Below are positions 61,311 through 64,000 of a stretch of DNA of 64,000 bases, in pieces. Numbering within the stretch: the stretch's first letter is position 1; every line of letters starts with the position of its first letter. The position numbers were made by a program, and so were the translations under genes. The stretch comes from an uncultured Candidatus Rokubacteria bacterium (GTDB lineage: Bacteria; Methylomirabilota; Methylomirabilia; Rokubacteriales; CSP1-6): positions 2,336,001-2,400,000 of the forward strand of contig CAVYTA010000006.1 in assembly GCA_963771355.1 (NCBI GenBank). Direction: 5' to 3'. Under the pieces are notes generated by a model. The model saw only the letters and a list, made by a program, of their open reading frames with translations. It was not told the origin of the DNA and did not search any database.

Positions 61311-62265
61311 GACGCCCATCGTGCTCGCGCTGGTCGGGATTGCCACCGCTGATCGCGCCGCTGGTGTCGCCGGCCTACTACGTCACCCTCATGCTGCCGT
61401 TCATGGCGTACGGGGTCGTCCTGCTGGGGCTGAACCTGCTCTTCGGCTCCGCCGGGCTCGTGTCCTTCGGCCACGCGCTCTTCATCGGCATCGGCGCCTA
61501 CACCGGCGCGGTGCTGACGACCCATCTGGGCGTCCGGCACATGGAGCTGATCCTGCCCGCGGGCGCGCTCGCCGCCGCCATCGTGGCCGCGCCGGTGGGC
61601 GCCCTCTGCGTGCGCTACGTCAAGATCTACTTCGGGATGCTGACCCTCGCCTTCGGCATGGTCTTCTATACGTTCCTCCTCAAGTTCTACCGACTGACCG
61701 GCGGCGACGAGGGCATGCGCGTGCTGCGCCCCTATCTGCTCGGCCGCGAGTGGTCGGGGTTCTCGAAGACCGACTACCTGATCGGGCCCTACTACTACTT
61801 CTCTCTCGCGGTCCTGGTGCTGGCCACGCTCCTCATGTGGCGGATCGTGCGGTCGCCCGTTCGGCCTGTGCCTCCGGACCATCCGCGACAATCCCCTCAA
61901 GGCCGAGAGCCTCGGCGTCAGCGTGCCGCGCTACCGCTGGTACGCCTTCATGATCTCCGCCGTCTATGCCGCGGTCGGGGGCGCGCTGCTGGCCCCGCCC
62001 ACCGGGAACGTGGATCCCACGCTCGCGTACTGGACGCACTCGGGGAACATCGTCTTCATGGTGCTGCTCGGCGGCTTCTCGTCGTTCTTCGGCCCGCTCC
62101 TGGGCGCCTTCGTCTTCATCTTCCTGCAGGACACGGTCATGTCGGTCTTCCCCTACTGGCGGCTCATCTTCGGCGCGGTGCTCGCCTTCATCGTCATCTT
62201 CGCGCCGGGAGGGCTGATGGGCCTCCTGTCCCGCCGCCGGGCCGTCGAGGTGCTCGGGCGCGTGA
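61306..62265 (+). CDS. LivM-like ABC permease; frameshifts near 61340 and 61860
   Basis: LNLLFGSAGLVSFGH, YFGMLTLAF, TGGDEG, MVLLGG, PGGLMG; boundaries approximate. Confidence 0.85.
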
Positions 62266-63018
62266 TCCTCGAGGCGCGCGACGTCCGCAAGCTCTACGGC
62301 GCCTACGTGGCGCTCGACGGCGTGAGCCTGGCGATCCGCGAGGGCGAGTTCGTCTCCATCATCGGCCCGAACGGCGCCGGCAAGTCCACCCTGATCAACG
62401 TGCTGACCGGGGTGCTCGCGGCCGAGCGCGGGCAGCGTGCGCTTCAAGGGACAGGACATCGGCGGGATCGGGACCGTCGCGCTCACCCGGCTCGGGATGG
62501 CGCGGAGCTTCCAGCTCGTCCAGATCTTCCCCGAGCTGACCGTGCTGGAGACGCTGCAGGCCGCGGTCATCTCCCGGCTCGGCAAGGGCACGCGGTTTCT
62601 CTCCTCGCTCCGCCGCGACCGCCAGGTGCAGGCGGATGCGCTCGAGGTCGCCGAGCTCTTCGGCCTCGCCGGCAAGGCGCACGCGCTCGCGCGCACCCTG
62701 CCCCAGGGCGACAAGAAGCTGCTCGACGTCGCCTCGGCCTTCGCGCTGCGTCCCGAGATCATCCTGCTCGACGAGCCGACGAGCGGCGTCAGCACCGCCG
62801 ACAAGCACGTGGTCATGGAGATTCTCGTGGGCGCCGCCAAGCGCATCGGGCTGCGCGCCATCATCCAGGTCGAGCACGACATGGACATCGTCTTCGGCTA
62901 CTCCCACCGGATCATCGCGCTCCACCAGGGCAAGGTCCTGGCCGACGCCACCCCGGCCGAGATCCAGGCCGACGCCCGGGTGGTGGACATGGTCGTCGGC
63001 CGGCGGCGAAACCCCTGA
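62262..63018 (+). CDS. LivG-like ABC ATPase; frameshift near 62435
   Basis: GPNGAGKST, ARSFQ, ILLDEPTSG, VEHDMD. Confidence 0.88.
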
Positions 63019-63727
63019 TGCTCTCGATCCGCGACCTCGACGTGTACATCCAGGCCAGCCACATCCTCCGGAGGCTTTCGCTCGACGTCGGCGCCGACGA
63101 GGTCGTGTGCCTGGTGGGCCGGAACGGCGCGGGCAAGACCACCCTGCTCCGGACCATCATGGGCTATCTCCGCCCGCGCGCGGGGTCCATCTCCTTCAAG
63201 GGCGCCGGCATCCACGGCCGGCCCACCCACGAGATCGCGCGGGAGGGCATCGGCTTCGCTCCCGAGGACAGCGGCATCTTCGCGGACCTCACCGTGGCCG
63301 AGAACATCGAGATCTCGACGTGGACGCGGACGACGGGGCGTGCGGCCGCGGCCCGTATCGAGGGCGCCTACGCGGTCTTCCCGGTGCTGCGGAACGTACG
63401 TGGCGCGGAAGGGCCCGGAGATGAGCGGGGGCGAGCGCAAGATGCTCTCCATCGCGCGCGCGCTCGCGCTGGACCCCGAGCTGCTCCTTCTCGACGAGCC
63501 GTTCGAGGGGCTCTCCCCCGCCATCATCCCCGCGGTGACGGACGGCATCGCCTCGATCACGCGCCTCGGCCACGGCATCCTCATCGCCGAGTCGAATATC
63601 CACCACGTGCCGGACTTCGCCGCGCGCCTCTACGTGATCGAGCGCGGCGAGATCATCTTCGCGGGGCGGCCGGAGGAGGCGCACCGCGACGCCGCCGTGC
63701 TGCGGGTGATCGGCGGGCGCGGCGTGA
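63018..63727 (+). CDS. LivF-like ABC ATPase; frameshift near 63395
   Basis: GRNGAGKTT, MSGGERKML, LLLDEPFEGL. Confidence 0.88.
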
Positions 63728-63747
63728 CGCGCTCGGGCCTCTACCGG

Positions 63748-64000
63748 CTACGACGTCCGGACACTGTAGAGGCGCACCGCCTCGGCTTTGCCCCGCAGCT
63801 CTCGCTCGCCCATGTCCTCGACCTCGAGCTCCGCGGGCAGCTGGCATCGGCTCAGCAGCGCCTCCGACACCAGGACGCGCCGCTCCAGCGGGCGACACTG
63901 CGCCTCCACCCGCGCCGCGGTGTTGACGGTGTCGCCGCTGTGGACGATGTCCTTCTTGATGTCGCCGATCTCCGCGGTGACGACGGGCCCGCCGTGCAGG
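63748..64000 (-). CDS. C-terminus of a class III adenylate/guanylate cyclase (partial)
   Basis: LHGGPVVTAEIGDIKKDIVHSGDTVNTAARVE...LRGKAEAVRLY..*. Confidence 0.85.
   Translation of the reverse strand, partial: LHGGPVVTAEIGDIKKDIVHSGDTVNTAARVEAQCRPLERRVLVSEALLSRCQLPAELEVEDMGERELRGKAEAVRLYSVRTS

Noticed and set aside
61280..62300. Apparent in-frame LivH-LivM and LivM-LivG fusions
   Set aside because: The junctions contain ATGA/GTGA stop-start overlaps one base out of frame, in an indel-rich block; probably errors.

Overview
A very GC-rich bacterial window. Its gene repertoire (zinc-ribbon/cyclase/AAA/TPR protein, 'MDRR...RADEVIQ' ABC substrate-binding protein, many TctC/LLM/SBP genes) resembles Ca. 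Rokubacteria (Methylomirabilota); this taxonomy is an inference. Content from left to right: a hydantoinase A; a HicB-like/LigX-like/LigZ-like aromatic catabolism cluster; a GH31 glycosidase and a Tat-exported family-5 SBP; a ~12 kb accessory block (9.2-21.6 kb) bounded by displaced copies of the 3' end of an Ldh_2 gene, with no integrase; a TctC-ACMSD-Ldh operon; a hybrid histidine kinase followed by a complete hcmB-hcl-meaH-hcmA (2-hydroxyisobutyryl-CoA mutase) operon and an epoxide hydrolase; an MtoX/SBP56 homolog lacking one proposed TTQ tryptophan, with SCO but no mauG; a CHASE2 cyclase and FecR gene; an LLM gene; a Dpp-type ABC transporter; a solo Cas4/RecB-like nuclease; hemE and hemG; TPP/SDR/LLM genes; and a long + strand run of citrate synthase, aconitase-like, prpF, an inserted SBP cassette, ACAD, MetE-like and Liv ABC genes. 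Many genes carry single-base frameshifts that look like long-read errors. No rRNA, tRNA, CRISPR array, transposase or integrase was seen. The most notable signals are two independent cases of cargo inserted at gene 3' ends with duplication of the end, the W211R MtoX variant, and the HCM plus epoxide hydrolase cluster.
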